A DNA stretch of 46,845 nt from Basidiobolus meristosporus CBS 931.73 (Eukaryota > Fungi > Basidiobolomycota). Of this stretch, positions 11,941 to 24,071 are shown piece by piece. The stretch's first letter is position 1; the number at the start of each line of letters is the position of its first letter. The notes beneath the pieces are model-generated. The model searched no databases and was not told the origin of the DNA. It saw only the letters and a list, made by a program, of their open reading frames with translations. Where the stretch lies: positions 1 through 46,845 of the forward strand of contig MCFE01000680.1 of the NCBI GenBank assembly GCA_002104905.1, read 5' to 3'. The position numbers and the translations under genes were made by a program.

Positions 11941-13036
11941 GTGGTGATGATCGGTCGAGCCTTGGAACGGAGGCCATGTGGTCTAGATATACACCCAGTG
12001 TCAGTACAGCATGGACCATGCGCTGTCTGGATACCGTAGGGAGACGCACATTCTTCTGCAATCTGATCTCGATCCCAACACAGTTCCCGCGAAGATCCCA
12101 TAGGCAAATGGGGCTCTGATCAGCTAGCAAAGTGCGTTCTCAACCACGAAGCCCAGCATGTCACTCACCACCACCTTTTAGAGCCGGGGATCGGTCGATA
12201 GCGCAGGGAATCGGGCCAATTTCCAATGCGATACCACGACTCGGATACATTCCAACCTAGGCGCACATCTGTGTTGTGAGCGGGGCGGATTTGGCACTGC
12301 TGGAGGGGAAGCACGGTTGATCAGGTACCGGATGAACCATTTGTCCCACTACCTCCTCCCACCGATCCAGCTTTGGTGGCACAGACGTCCATGTTTCTTG
12401 GATGGCATGAGGTTCTATAAACCCAAGTGGCGATCCCCCCCCAGGACCGTGGTCGATGTTGGTGTCACGGGATACGGGAGTAGTTGTCTCAACTCAATAT
12501 CTGAACCGATGTTTAATGAGCAATGGACTTTTGAGGAAAGGAACAGATTGAATGGTTAATCTCCGACATGGCATCCATGGGACCTCAGCCAAATAGGGGA
12601 GCCATCAATCAGCCGGCAACATTCAAGGTGTCACGAGAAATCAGTAAACTTCATCAAATCCCTCGATTACCTGTTCCCGAGCTAGGTCCATCAGGGGACT
12701 GGTGGTAGGGAGAGTGGCAAAGCGGCGGGTGAGGGGATTTTGTCCGATGGAGAAATCCGTCAGCTCTGGGGTGGCTCAAGCCGCACCAGCCCGGTGGGAT
12801 ACCCTGACGTTCCACAGCAATTGAAGGTATGCAGTCGAAAGGCTCGCCCGCCGGTGAGCATTGGCGACATCGAAGGGGAAGGGATGGATTTAATTTGGTT
12901 GGTGTTACGGTTCCCAGCTATTGGTGCGACTCGCATTCCACGCAGAATCATTAAATTGGTCGCCGGTTGCCTCCCGTTTCCAATTTTACTTCGTCGTTCT
13001 TGGCGACCTCCTCACTGCTCTTTGGACACCCAGACA

Positions 13037-14035
13037 ATGTTCCTTCGCAAGCCAAGTCCACTGAAACTGCTTCTCGCCATCCTAACGTTGATCGTTATCA
13101 GTCTGTATATTCTAATCAACTCGGATATCCGGAGTAGAGAGCTCCAGGACACCCTTCTGTCCCAGCTACATGGTCAGTCCTCGCTTGGTTTCTCATTGCT
13201 CGATTCTTTTTATTGACGTGTATCATCCCGAACAGATCGTTCCAGTCCAGAGAATGTCTTCCCATACACCATAGTGACGGCGGCTAGCTCGAACCACTTC
13301 TGCCCGCTACTGGCGTTTGTCTACGCCCTTCATGGCACGACGAAGATGCTGCCCCCGGCAGAAAGGCCCAGAGTGGTGGTGTACGATTTGGGCCTGAGCA
13401 CAGCAGAGCGGGCCAAACTCGATAGAGTGGTGAACCGAGGCTTCGCCCAAGAGATAGTCACCCTCAACTTCACGCAGTACCCCACCTTCTGGAACATCCA
13501 CCTCAGACGAGGAGAATACGCCTGGAAAACCGGGATCATCCACGAGGTGGCGAAGAAGCACGGTGGGGTGGTGCTGTGGATGGACTCTGGAAACCGGGTG
13601 ACCCCTCAATACCTCCCTCAGGTGGTTGAGTACATCAACGCCAATGGCTTTTACTCCCCTACGAGCCAGGGTCAGATGAAGGATTTCACCCACCCAGGCT
13701 TATTCGCATACTTCGGTGACTCCGCAAAGCGCTATGGCACACTGAAGAACTGCAACGGGGCGTTCATCGGGTTCGACACTCAAAACAGCACCGTCATGAA
13801 CAAGCTCATGCTTCCCTTCTTCGAATGCGGCCTGAAACAGCCATGCATCGCTCCGAAAGGTTCCAGCAGAGCCAACCATCGGCAAGACCAGTCGGTGTTT
13901 ACCTACCTGGTGGTTTCCAACGGATGGCGTTGTCAACGAGACCCGATCCCCGGTATGAAGATCCACCAAGATCAGCTATGCCAGATAGAGATTGAGCAGC
14001 AAGAGAATCCGGATATACTGGAGTACGTGGACTAA
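13037..14035 (+). CDS. Type II membrane DUF1647-like (glycosyltransferase-like) protein, 2 exons
   Basis: Exon 1 13037-13172 encodes an N-terminal TM helix. GT..AG intron 13173-13235, exon 2 in frame. Motifs VTAASSNHF, VVVYDLGL, GEYAWK, LWMDSG and HRQDQS. Confidence 0.75.
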
Positions 14036-14744
14036 GCCCACCCTCACCCTCACCCTCACCCTGCTGGTTATTTTGACTCAACCACCGGTCTTTGTAACTT
14101 GGCTTACACTTTGTCTACCTTCTTAACATCCGTGCTTAAGTTATGCCGACCGCAATGATTTGTACCTCACTAGTAGTTGTCAGCCGCTGTACCATACTCC
14201 ATTAAGGGATGATCAATCACGATAATAATAATAATCATAATAATACCGCCCCCACCAATGAGAGTCAATGTTGTCATTGATTGCTAAGACTCCTTAGCCA
14301 ATGGAGCTGAATATTACGTACAACCGCCATATTTACAGCGTTACGCTGGATTCACCCGCCCATGTTTCGCCCATGCCACCGAGGAGTAGTGTTTCTCGAG
14401 TGTTGCAATTTATCGAGCGTCGTACATCTTTTATGATGGGAGACACGTCGGGGACGCCTATTGGATGAGAGGGAACGTCTAAGCCAGGCTAGAAGGAGGC
14501 TGATTTCAGAGGTAACCCACCCCCGAGCAAGCCCAACAGATCAGTACGTATCAATATCAATAGAAATAGAAATGGCAATAGAAAAAGAAAGAATCAAATA
14601 TACAGGAAGTATCTGAGGTGCTGGGACCCTGGAAGGAAATCTGCCAGGTGACTTACGACGACCAGGATTCCACCATTTAATTCCATCGAGTCTGATCCTT
14701 TCGTCGTTTAGTACTTCCCTACTCTCAACCACCCTATCGCCAAC

Positions 14745-15358
14745 ATGGAAAAGTTCAAGGAGGTATGTCATCTGGCCCCCGTTCGGTAGTGTACCCTTTC
14801 CTCCACCGCTAACCACCACTCACTTCCCTAGAAAATCAACGCCCTTCGTGCCGAAGTGGACACCGCCAACGCTCGTGCTGACGAAGCCGAGTCTGCCCTC
14901 AAAAGATTGAACGACAGTCAAAACGATAGGGACCAAGAGATCATCGGCCTTCAGAACAAGATCCAGCTTCTCGAGGAGGAGCTCGAGAAGGCTGAGGGCA
15001 GAATCCACGATGCCAAGGTCTTGAAGGAGGAGGATGAACAGAACCGTAACCACGGGGAAACCTTGGTGAAGAAGATCAACCTGCTCGAGACCCAATTGGA
15101 GACCGCCGAGAACAACTTGAGAGAGACCACCGAGAAGTAAGTGACCTTTGGCCCGCCACCTTTGGCCTTCCAGGCTAACCCAACCTCTTTCGTAGGCTTC
15201 GTCAGGTCGACTTGAAGGCCGAGCAATCCGAACGCCGTGTTCAACAACTCGAGGCCGAGAAGGTCGAGATGGAGAGCAAGTTGGAGCACTTGGAGGAGCA
15301 GTACCGCAGCGTTAAGGCCGAGCTCGATGAGACCTTGAAATCTCTTGAAGATTTGTAA
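14745..15358 (+). CDS. TPM1: Tropomyosin (161 aa, 3 exons)
   Basis: Exons 14745-14762, 14832-15136 and 15196-15358 splice to MEKFKEKINALRAEVD...LDETLKSLEDL, a heptad coiled coil of typical fungal tropomyosin length. Confidence 0.93.
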
Positions 15359-15982
15359 ATCCAAAATAGCCTAGCTTTTTTAATCCTTTCCTTCGAGTCG
15401 GTCCCAGCAACCATGTGTTTCTTTCCGTTTTCCCTTTTTACACCCAACGCCCAACACGCACCGCATTAAAATTCGATTTTCCAAGTCGTATACATCACTT
15501 GATTCCCCCTACTTATGGATAAATGCTAAGGAGGTTTAACTTGAACTTGTATATCCCTTTCTGGATCGATTTATTCTAGATGGGAATGGGTTCGTATGGC
15601 TTAGGATTTCTAGGCCCGGCAGAGGACTTCTGGACCTCATGTGATTCCGTCACCACGGTGACCATTGCTCAGCGCCAAGCAGGCATCCATGTCTTACCAC
15701 CAATCACGTGGATGGGTCACCCGAACTAGATGATCGGAATAAACACCGGTTTTGTGTGCACGCTGACTCCAGAAACCAATTTGGGCTTCGCTCTAGGTTC
15801 CATGACGATTTCATGGATATGGAGCAATTAGACCATCACTTGACGTAGAGCGCTGCCTAGCTATTTTTATTGGGTGGCACCGAGCCTGGATCGAAGCTTA
15901 AACCTCGTCTGGATAGCTTATAAACGTTTCGTGCAGCGACCACCCTCGAGTACAATCCTTTCACGTAATCATTAACCCAGCC

Positions 15983-16938
15983 ATGACCATCCGACCCACT
16001 GTTGGCAACCACGACAGAGTGTTCAATCGTACCATCCCCATGACCCTCGTCGACAGTGCGTACACTTGCTACCTACACACCTCCTCGTTCTATTATATAA
16101 TTCGTGCATTGATCTTGTTCTTGATCGGTTTCACCTTGGCCCTCATCAACGACCAGCTCGACGTGCAGCAAAATATAACCCAATATCCCGACCCTGTAAC
16201 CCGTCTAATAGTTTCCGGCCGCACTGCGGTGCTCTCTGGCTTCTTGGCGGTGGGCTTAGCCATTGCCTACTCCTGGCTAGATATGTACTATTCTGGGAAG
16301 CCACATATATTTTATGAAGACTGGACGAATTCCATTCGGTAAGTCAGCCCCCCCCTCTCGGTTATTCGCGACCACAGACACTGACCTCTCCACAGCTCAC
16401 TCGGCGGCTTTCTTGGCTTGCATCTGGTCGCTTCGGTAAGTGTTCACCTCAGTCCCCTTACGAACCACCTTTCCTGAGATACTGACCCCTCGTCGTCTCC
16501 AGAAAATCTCCATCCCCGACACTGCCGAGCTTACTGGGGTGTTTACCTTGGTCGCCTTTGGGCTCTGGTTTTTCCTTGATAGCACTGTCCACGGCTTCCT
16601 AATCGCACTTCTCTCCACCGCTATCGGCACCCTGTTCATCCACGCCCAAGTGACCTAGCGGCGTTTACCAGTAAGTGTAGCTCGTATCAAGCATGGTCTC
16701 AGTAGACGGATGTCTAAGCTGAATCCCACCTTAGTTTCACTCAGCCGGATTTCTACGGGCTTCGTGTGGCGACTCCGGTAAGTTGCATGATGGTAGAGCT
16801 CCATGGTGGAACCACCTAACCAAATCTTCCATTCTCTAGTGCCTCGTCTATTCCTCCTGCATCTGCTTCGGCACGCTGGGCCGACAGATTGCCATCATCC
16901 CAAGAGAATGGTATGCCCACGCACCAAGACATGAGTGA
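15983..16938 (+). CDS. INSIG/Nsg-family sterol-regulatory membrane protein (multi-exon, apparent 1-nt frame break near 16656)
   Basis: Spliced segments IRSLGGFLGLHLVAS, GLWFFLDST, SGVYHFTQPDFYGLRVATP and CFGTLGRQIA follow the INSIG TM pattern. Confidence 0.75.
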
Positions 16939-17525
16939 TTTCCCGCGATTGTCCATTCCCCCTGCACCTGTACTATAGTGTATTCTGTAAATTTTACCCG
17001 AGTTGTAAAGCCCATATTTCTCCATTAGTTTACGCGCCCTGATTCGACAGGGCAGTCCGATATTTTTAGTCATATATATACCCAATTTCATCCCCCTGGA
17101 CCATGTGATGGTAATGGGCCATTTTATCCCAGTAAATATTACGAATCTACCATATTGATTTAATCTCGCTTATTTACTTCCACCTTGAATCTACTATATT
17201 GGTTAGATCACGCTTATTTGCTGACACTACTTTTAACCTTAATCTACTAACCCTTTGCCCGCCTCCCGATTGCTACCCATGACCTGCAGTAGAGAAACAA
17301 ACAACTAAGCTGCCATGATCCGTCCCCGTATTGGACACGGGGTAAGGTCGGTTGGCATGCGGTGCCGGAACCTGACCAACATTCACAGATAGTAAGAAGA
17401 TACTTGGGATCCGCGGAATTTTTTATACATTTTTGGCACAATGAGTGATGTGGGAGAAAGCAATGGTGGGGTGGTGGGTTGGTAGTGTGTGGAAGCAGCC
17501 GGCAATACATGTAGGACTGATGCTC

Positions 17526-18695
17526 TTAAAAGTTGTGGATTTCTTGGCTGCTGCGGCCACGGAGGAATTTGGGTTCGGTCCCCTTGACGTAGATCGAGGT
17601 CCAAAGGTCCTCGAGCGGTGGCTCGGGAGATCCCTTGGCCGAGGCAACTTCTTCGTCCACCTGCTTGCGAGCGGACTTTTCAATCTCCTTAAGTTCCTCC
17701 TCGGTGGCAATTCCATTATCAACCAGCTTGGTCTTCAAGCCGGTGATGGGATCTCTGGTGCTACGCATCCGTTGGATTTCCTCTCGGGTACGGTAGGTGG
17801 TGCCAGGATCGGACATGGAGTGACCGCCGTAACGGTAGGTGTGCATTTCGAGGACCAGAGGGCCCTTGCCAGAGGTGGCCCATTCACGAGCATACTTGCA
17901 GGCTTGGTAAACGGCGAAAACATCCATGCCGTTCACCTTGATACCTGGGATGTAATCGCCACGCTTGAAGTAGTCCGTACTGGCGCTAGATCTTTTCGCC
18001 GAGGTGCCCATGCCATACAAGTTGTTTTCACAAACGAACACTGCGGGTAAATCCCACAGCTTGGCCATGTTGAACGCCTCAAAAACTTGACCTTGGTTGG
18101 CAGCACCGTCACCGTAGAGAGAGAAGGAGCAGGAGTCTTCCTCAGTGTACTTTGAGGTGAAGGCAAGTCCAGCCCCAAGGGGAACTTGTGCTCCGACAAT
18201 ACCGTTTCCACCGTAGAAACGATCGGCGAACATATGCATAGAGCCGCCCTTGCCAAAAGAGACACCGTCTCTGCGGCCCATCAATTCGGCGATAATCCCC
18301 TTGATTGAGCCACCTCGGATCCAGGTGAACCCGTGGCAACGGTAGGAGGTGATGATATGATCTTTCTTAGAGGCGGCTTTCACCATACCTACAGATACGG
18401 CCTCTTGGCCGGTACACAAGTGACAGAAACCCCGGATCATCTTGCTTTTGTAAAGTGCGTCAGCGGCCATTTCCAGACGACGCATGACGTTCATTTGGCG
18501 GTACATATCGATAAGCTCTTCTTTGGAGAAAGACACCTCACTGGCGGGAGCTTCGCAGTTGAAGGTGACAAAATCGTCTTCTTGAAGTTTGAATTCATGT
18601 TGTTGGAAAACTGGGGAGCCGGTGCTGAAGGAGCGAGTGGCAACAGAAGTGAAGGCTTTGGAAGCGGTTGGTAGACGAACAATCGAGCGAAGCAT
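17526..18695 (-). CDS. PDA1: Pyruvate dehydrogenase E1 alpha subunit, mitochondrial (intronless, 389 aa)
   Basis: RGFCHLCTGQEA, GKGGSMHMF, YGDGAANQGQ (TPP binding) and YRYGGHSMSDPG (phospho-loop) motifs, with an N-terminal presequence. Confidence 0.98.
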   Translation of the reverse strand: MLRSIVRLPTASKAFTSVATRSFSTGSPVFQQHEFKLQEDDFVTFNCEAPASEVSFSKEELIDMYRQMNVMRRLEMAADALYKSKMIRGFCHLCTGQEAVSVGMVKAASKKDHIITSYRCHGFTWIRGGSIKGIIAELMGRRDGVSFGKGGSMHMFADRFYGGNGIVGAQVPLGAGLAFTSKYTEEDSCSFSLYGDGAANQGQVFEAFNMAKLWDLPAVFVCENNLYGMGTSAKRSSASTDYFKRGDYIPGIKVNGMDVFAVYQACKYAREWATSGKGPLVLEMHTYRYGGHSMSDPGTTYRTREEIQRMRSTRDPITGLKTKLVDNGIATEEELKEIEKSARKQVDEEVASAKGSPEPPLEDLWTSIYVKGTEPKFLRGRSSQEIHNF

Positions 18696-19714
18696 TGTGT
18701 CAAAGTAAAGGAAAGGATGTACAAGGCTTCACCAGCAAATGAAAAGAATATAAAGGGTATCACAGGGGTTTACCCATTTGATTGCCTAAATTTTTTCCCC
18801 TGACGGATAGATTCCATTACTTGTTTGGTAGTATGATTTGCGTATATAACTGTATATAACCAATTCCACCTCTTCCCTCTCCAATATGGTCCCGAGGTGC
18901 TTGGGGGCTTAGGACTGGAGCGATTAGGTAACATTCGAGTGCTCGGTAAAGCGTGATGATGAGTGAATATTCTACAGAGTGATACTCTTCGTGCGTCAGG
19001 TACTCTTCGGAAGCTAGTCGGGCCTCACATGTTGCATCATTCACGTCTACTCAGCCTCTCCGGAGGGATCTTTGTTTGTGGGGCTTCTCCAGCTCTGTAT
19101 ATACTTAATTGCGTAATTTGGGGATACTCGCCACCTCCGCCACATGATTGTTCGTTCTCTTGGTCCCAGAAAATGCCGAAGGAATCGGCTATAGCTCGTC
19201 TTCGGCTTCAAAAAACGAGCGTACTGATCAAATCAGTACTGACTCTCATCCTCCTTATAAGGAAATACGCTGAATCAGAATAATTACCAAAGAAACAACG
19301 TCATCATGCAAGACGCCTACCGAACGGGATTGGGTATTCCACAAATACTCGACGGAGATTCCGTTGTAATGGCATCACCTCACCAGGGCCAGTTAGAACC
19401 GTTTGCGGCCTTCCCGATTGACTAAGATCTTGTCTCACGTTGCATTAATTCTGTTGGTGGGCATTCTCAACACCATTTGGAAACAACCACAGGTAGATGA
19501 TTTTCCGATCGGATGATTCGAAGCATTTCCTTCCTGTAGCCAATATTACCAGAGGCACTATAAATCAGCAAATCCTCGCATAAATCAGATTCGAGAAGCA
19601 CTATAAAAACCGGTCGGCGTAGTTCTAGCCAACTTTCCAAAGCCCCAATTGAAAAATTCGGTTGTTCATCAAGATTATCGTTTACTTACTTGCATAAATT
19701 CGAGCCAAGTGGAG

Positions 19715-21761
19715 ATGGAGTTAGCTCCTACACGTACCAATACATTCTCGCAGTATCTACGGGAGTCCAACACATTTCGAAGATCAAGGGTGATATTGCT
19801 CGTCGGGTGGTTGACTCCAATATGCTTCTTGTTGAGCTTAGCACCGTTTATCGGCTCGTTCCATTTGGACCGAGAGGTGAATCGCGTAACCAAACCTACT
19901 GGTGTGTCTTCAACTTAATTGCTCTTACCATGGATGCGAACTAAACCAAAAACCGATGAAGAGATCACATTAATTCTTGGGATAGCCTTCATTTCCCATA
20001 TTATAGCCTATTTCGCGATGCTGTGTCGTTTGTTGGAACATTGGCTATCGCTATGTACAAAGATTGCCTGTGCAGGGATGTTTGTTGATGGTAAGGTAGT
20101 CCCCGATATCCGCAACCATCAGTATTGCTGACTCTCTTCTCGATAAAGGGATCCTACACATGGTTGCAGCCATCGATAAGACCTCCAGGGCCCAGCCTGA
20201 ATCCGATTTCGCGGCAATCATCATCGAATGCTGTCTTGCATTGATCGTCTCGGGATTGTTGTTGTTCGACTTGAAACGTACCAAGGATTATGCGAAATCT
20301 GGTGAGGAGATTCTTTTGAGTGGTGGATGGATCTTGCAGTATGTCTAATAGCCACATCTCTGTTCAGGATGTGGGTTAAGTCACCGTGCACGTATATTGG
20401 TTGCGGTGATCATGGTTGCGGCGTGCTGGGCCGGTCTAGGATCCATTGTGTATAGTCTAGTGGAGGGCTGGTCGTATACGGACGCTCTCTTCTTCTGTCT
20501 TGGTAGGTGTAGAAGCGGAGGTATTTCTCAATGCACAGGCTGATCTGGATTCCACAGAAACGTTGGCCACCATAGGTTTTGGCTCGCATGTACCGGAGAC
20601 CACGGGAGGCAGAGTTTTCATCTTCTTCTATGCCACGCTTGCCATCATGGTGATGGCATTCATGTTTGCTGGGATCAAAGTGTCTGTGTCTGAGATGATC
20701 CACTACAAATCCTTGATGAAGTTCGCACAGAGTCTGGAGAAAGGAAGAGATGAGGCATTGATTGATCCCACCCAGCTCACAAGGAGAGTGACCACGGTTC
20801 TATCCCTGAAACGATACAAAACCTGGGACGACCTAGGGAAAAAATTGATCGAGGAAAAAGAAACTGAAATGAAGAAGCAACTGTTCTTCGCATCCTGCTC
20901 AGCGGTGATGTTTTGGTAAGCGGGAACTACACTGTTGCATCCTTGTTCATATCCTAAAATCCTCCCCCTCCCTAGGGTATTGGGTTCCGCCATCTTTTGC
21001 ATCACCGAGCATTGGAGTTACATCAAGGCCCTCTATTTCTGCTTCGTAGCCTTCACCACGATAGGTTGATACCGGATTGATTCATAAGAATACGGAAAAC
21101 ACGTTGCTCAATTGATTTCTTAGGTTACGGAGACATTGTTCCCACCAGCGCAGTCGGCGCGCCTATATTCATTGTTTATGTGTTCCTGGGGGTTGGAACA
21201 ATGACTTACTTGGTGTCTATCGTGATCGAAAGTTGGTCCCAGCATATTGGCCGAGTAGAACTTCGTGCCGCTAAGAAGAAAAAGAAATTCAAACGGGGAA
21301 TGCCGATAGTGCGGATAACTGCGGAGCCGGCAGAAGAAGAGTACGAGAGCTCCGAGGATTCGTTGGAATCAGCGGTCAAGGAGCTGGTGCACATGGCGAA
21401 GCTCTTTGACAAACATATGAAGCTAGGGCTTGACCCACTGTTGATGCAGACGAGCTTTCCTTCCTCGCCAGATATTGCTATGTCAAGAACCCGTACTATC
21501 GGGTGGGATCTAGCACCTGAGGATGGAGTGGGACCAAGAATCCACCACCCTACGTTGGATGTCTTCCTGTTGGATAGTTATCAGCAAACATTAAGCGGAT
21601 TGATAGAACTCAGCAACGCCATGGATACTACACAAACTTCTGATATACTCATTGGCCGCAATGACTCGGATAAAACCATGGTGTCTCCACCAGTTGTGGT
21701 CCCTGGACCCAAGCCACAGCGTCCAACGAGCAGTGATTCCCTACATGTAAATTTTTTGTAA
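19715..21761 (+). CDS. TOK1: TOK1-type two-pore-domain potassium channel (multi-exon, start approximate)
   Basis: Two P-loops, WSYTDALFFCL..TLATIGFG and WSYIKALYFCFVAFTTIG|YGD, preceded by extra N-terminal TM segments. Confidence 0.85.
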
Positions 21762-22036
21762 TTATATCTTGAGGTGAGAGTTTCGCGGGGAGAGTACTGA
21801 GCAACGTGTGAATATTTATTTGCATCTAAACATCCAGCATCAGCATTTAGTCTTCAGTATTTGACATTTAGCATTTAACACCTAGCATGTAGCGTCACAT
21901 CACGAACCATCCTACGATAATAAATCGCATACCAATGATCTGATCCAGAGGATTTGGATCTCCCGCCTGATCATGTGACCAAGCGTTTATATTCTCCAAG
22001 CATACCCATCAGCTTCGAGCAGTTCACTTTATCAAG

Positions 22037-22786
22037 ATGACCAGTAAACTTGCAGCCGACTGTATCTTTTGCAAAATTATCCAGGGGACCATACCCTCCT
22101 CCAAGGTGTTGGAGACCAAGCTAAGGTACTCACTTGATGCATTTCAAGGCTTGAACATACTTCCCGGACATTAACCCGAACAATTCTTTCGAAAGTTATG
22201 CCTTCCTGGACCTCCAGCCTTTGTCGAAAGGACACGTGGTAAGTCCCGCTCAGTTTAGCCACCCGCTCCCCATAGAACAGGGGAACCAAAAGCCACTAAA
22301 ACCCTTCTTCCCGGGTACCTCCCTCCCGATGTATAGCTAGTGATACCAAAGCGTGAGTGTCCATTTGAATGAGGAGTGCGGAGTGTTTGTTCGCGAGAAA
22401 AACAGCGGCTAACTGGATATTCATTTCAGACCACGCGCAGTTTCTGCACCAGGTACCTGACGAGCACCTTGCAGATATGCTCCCAGTGGCGAAGAAGATC
22501 GCAGCCGCTCTAGGAGCCGAGAATTACAATGTGTTGCAGGTGGGAGCTCACGCCAACCGTCTAAACTGGTTTCTCTACCTAACTTCTCCTCCCCCCATCC
22601 GCTTTTCAACCACAGAACAACGGAAGTTTAGCCCATCAAGCAGTGAACCATGTCCACTTCCATATCATCCCTAAGCCATGCGAAGAGCAAGGCCTTGGCG
22701 TCCGCTGGAACAGCCTAAAGCCCACCCAAGAGGATTTGAAGAACACCTTGCAAGAGATTCAGAAGAAGTTGGAAGGAAATGTATAA
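22037..22786 (+). CDS. HNT1: HIT-family adenosine 5'-monophosphoramidase (5 exons)
   Basis: CIFCKII, YAFLDLQPLSKGH|LVIPK and NNGSLAHQAVNHVHFHIIP (histidine triad) assembled across GT-AG introns. Confidence 0.93.
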
Positions 22787-22870
22787 GGAGGATCGGTTGT
22801 TTATTGTTATCTAAATGGAAATAAAATGGAGAATGAGGGGCGAAGGGATTCCGTGATGAACTGATGTGCG

Positions 22871-23465
22871 TCATGCTTTTGTTGTTGATTCTAAAGGTGG
22901 GTTGATGGCATCCGCCCCCTTCTTCCACTCACCGAAGCCACCTTTTAGGCTTTTCACCTTGTATCCCATCCGTTTCAGACTCTCGGCTGCTAAGATGCTT
23001 CGGTACCCGCTGGCACAGTAGACCACCACTTCCTCGGTGATGGGCACGTTCTTTTCAATATCTTTCTCCAGCAGCCCGCGAGGTATACAGATGGCCCCAG
23101 GGATAATACCATTCTCCAGCTCCGAAGTCTCCCTCACATCAACCAGGTGAAATCCGGGTGGCTTAGACAAGGAATTCAGCGCAGCCACACTGATCTCTTC
23201 TATATGGGAGCTATCTCTCACGGAGTGTACGAAATCGGTGAATCTGCTCTGAACGGCGATGGACCCCTTGGTTGGAGAGAAGAGGGTTTAGTTTTGAAGA
23301 CACTCGAGCCCACAAAGCACATCTCTGCCGACTTACCGTGGTGAATGTTCGTCTCAACGAAGGGTGGGTTGTCGACTGATGAGTAGGCGCCGATTAGTAT
23401 CCGAGCAGTTCTGCAAGCTCACCGAAACCACTAACCTTCTGAAGTACTCTGCGGAGGGTGAACAT
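22871..23465 (-). CDS. Single-domain rhodanese/sulfurtransferase with mitochondrial-type leader (3 exons)
   Basis: LVDVRE, IPGAICIP, VVYCASGYRS active-site loop and LKGGFGEW. Upstream exons encode MFTLRRVLQK and STTHPSLRRTFTT. Confidence 0.88.
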
Positions 23466-24071
23466 CGTGGAATATTCTGCGTATTTCACTTTCTACTGGC
23501 TTCCTTTTCTCTACCTGCCTCCCCTCTCCCTCCACGCCGTTTTAAATGAATGCCGTCGGGCGACCATTGGACAGTGGGAGTATCTGCAAACAAACACATG
23601 ATGAGCGGGGAAATTTCCCAACCGCCATGTCTAGAATTGCGGGGAGATACATGAACGAGAAACGAGGAGCACATTTTGGGCAGATTCAGAAGAATCGCCC
23701 CGCGCGTGGCCCCTGATTTGGCAGTTTCGGAGGAACCTAATACGCGGGATGACCCGAGATCAACCAAATCTGAAATTACCTCATATTACGTATTCACCCA
23801 CCCCACCTGGTCCGTCGTTTCAATAACCAAAATTGTATTAGGATGTCAGCTACTATGGTACAAACGAGAGTCAGGGTTGACGTGAGTGTGGAGGGATAGC
23901 AGGGATAGCAGGGATGGGCAGAAACATTGGATGGGAAACTACGGAACAATTCAAGGGTTTGGTGGCCGGTGGAAATGCCATTAATTAGCGGGGCTTGCTC
24001 GGTTGTCGGAAAGTGAGGTGAAGTTGGTCACGAATTGGTTGTACGTCCTTCGGAGGCGAGTTAGTGGCTTG

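Noticed and set aside
14037-14062. (CACCCT)n as an inverted telomere-variant relic
   Set aside because: Only about 4 units in a 3' UTR, which fits an ordinary microsatellite.
17423-18674. Long antisense and alternate-frame ORFs over PDA1 and other GC-rich genes
   Set aside because: These are shadow ORFs caused by codon bias.
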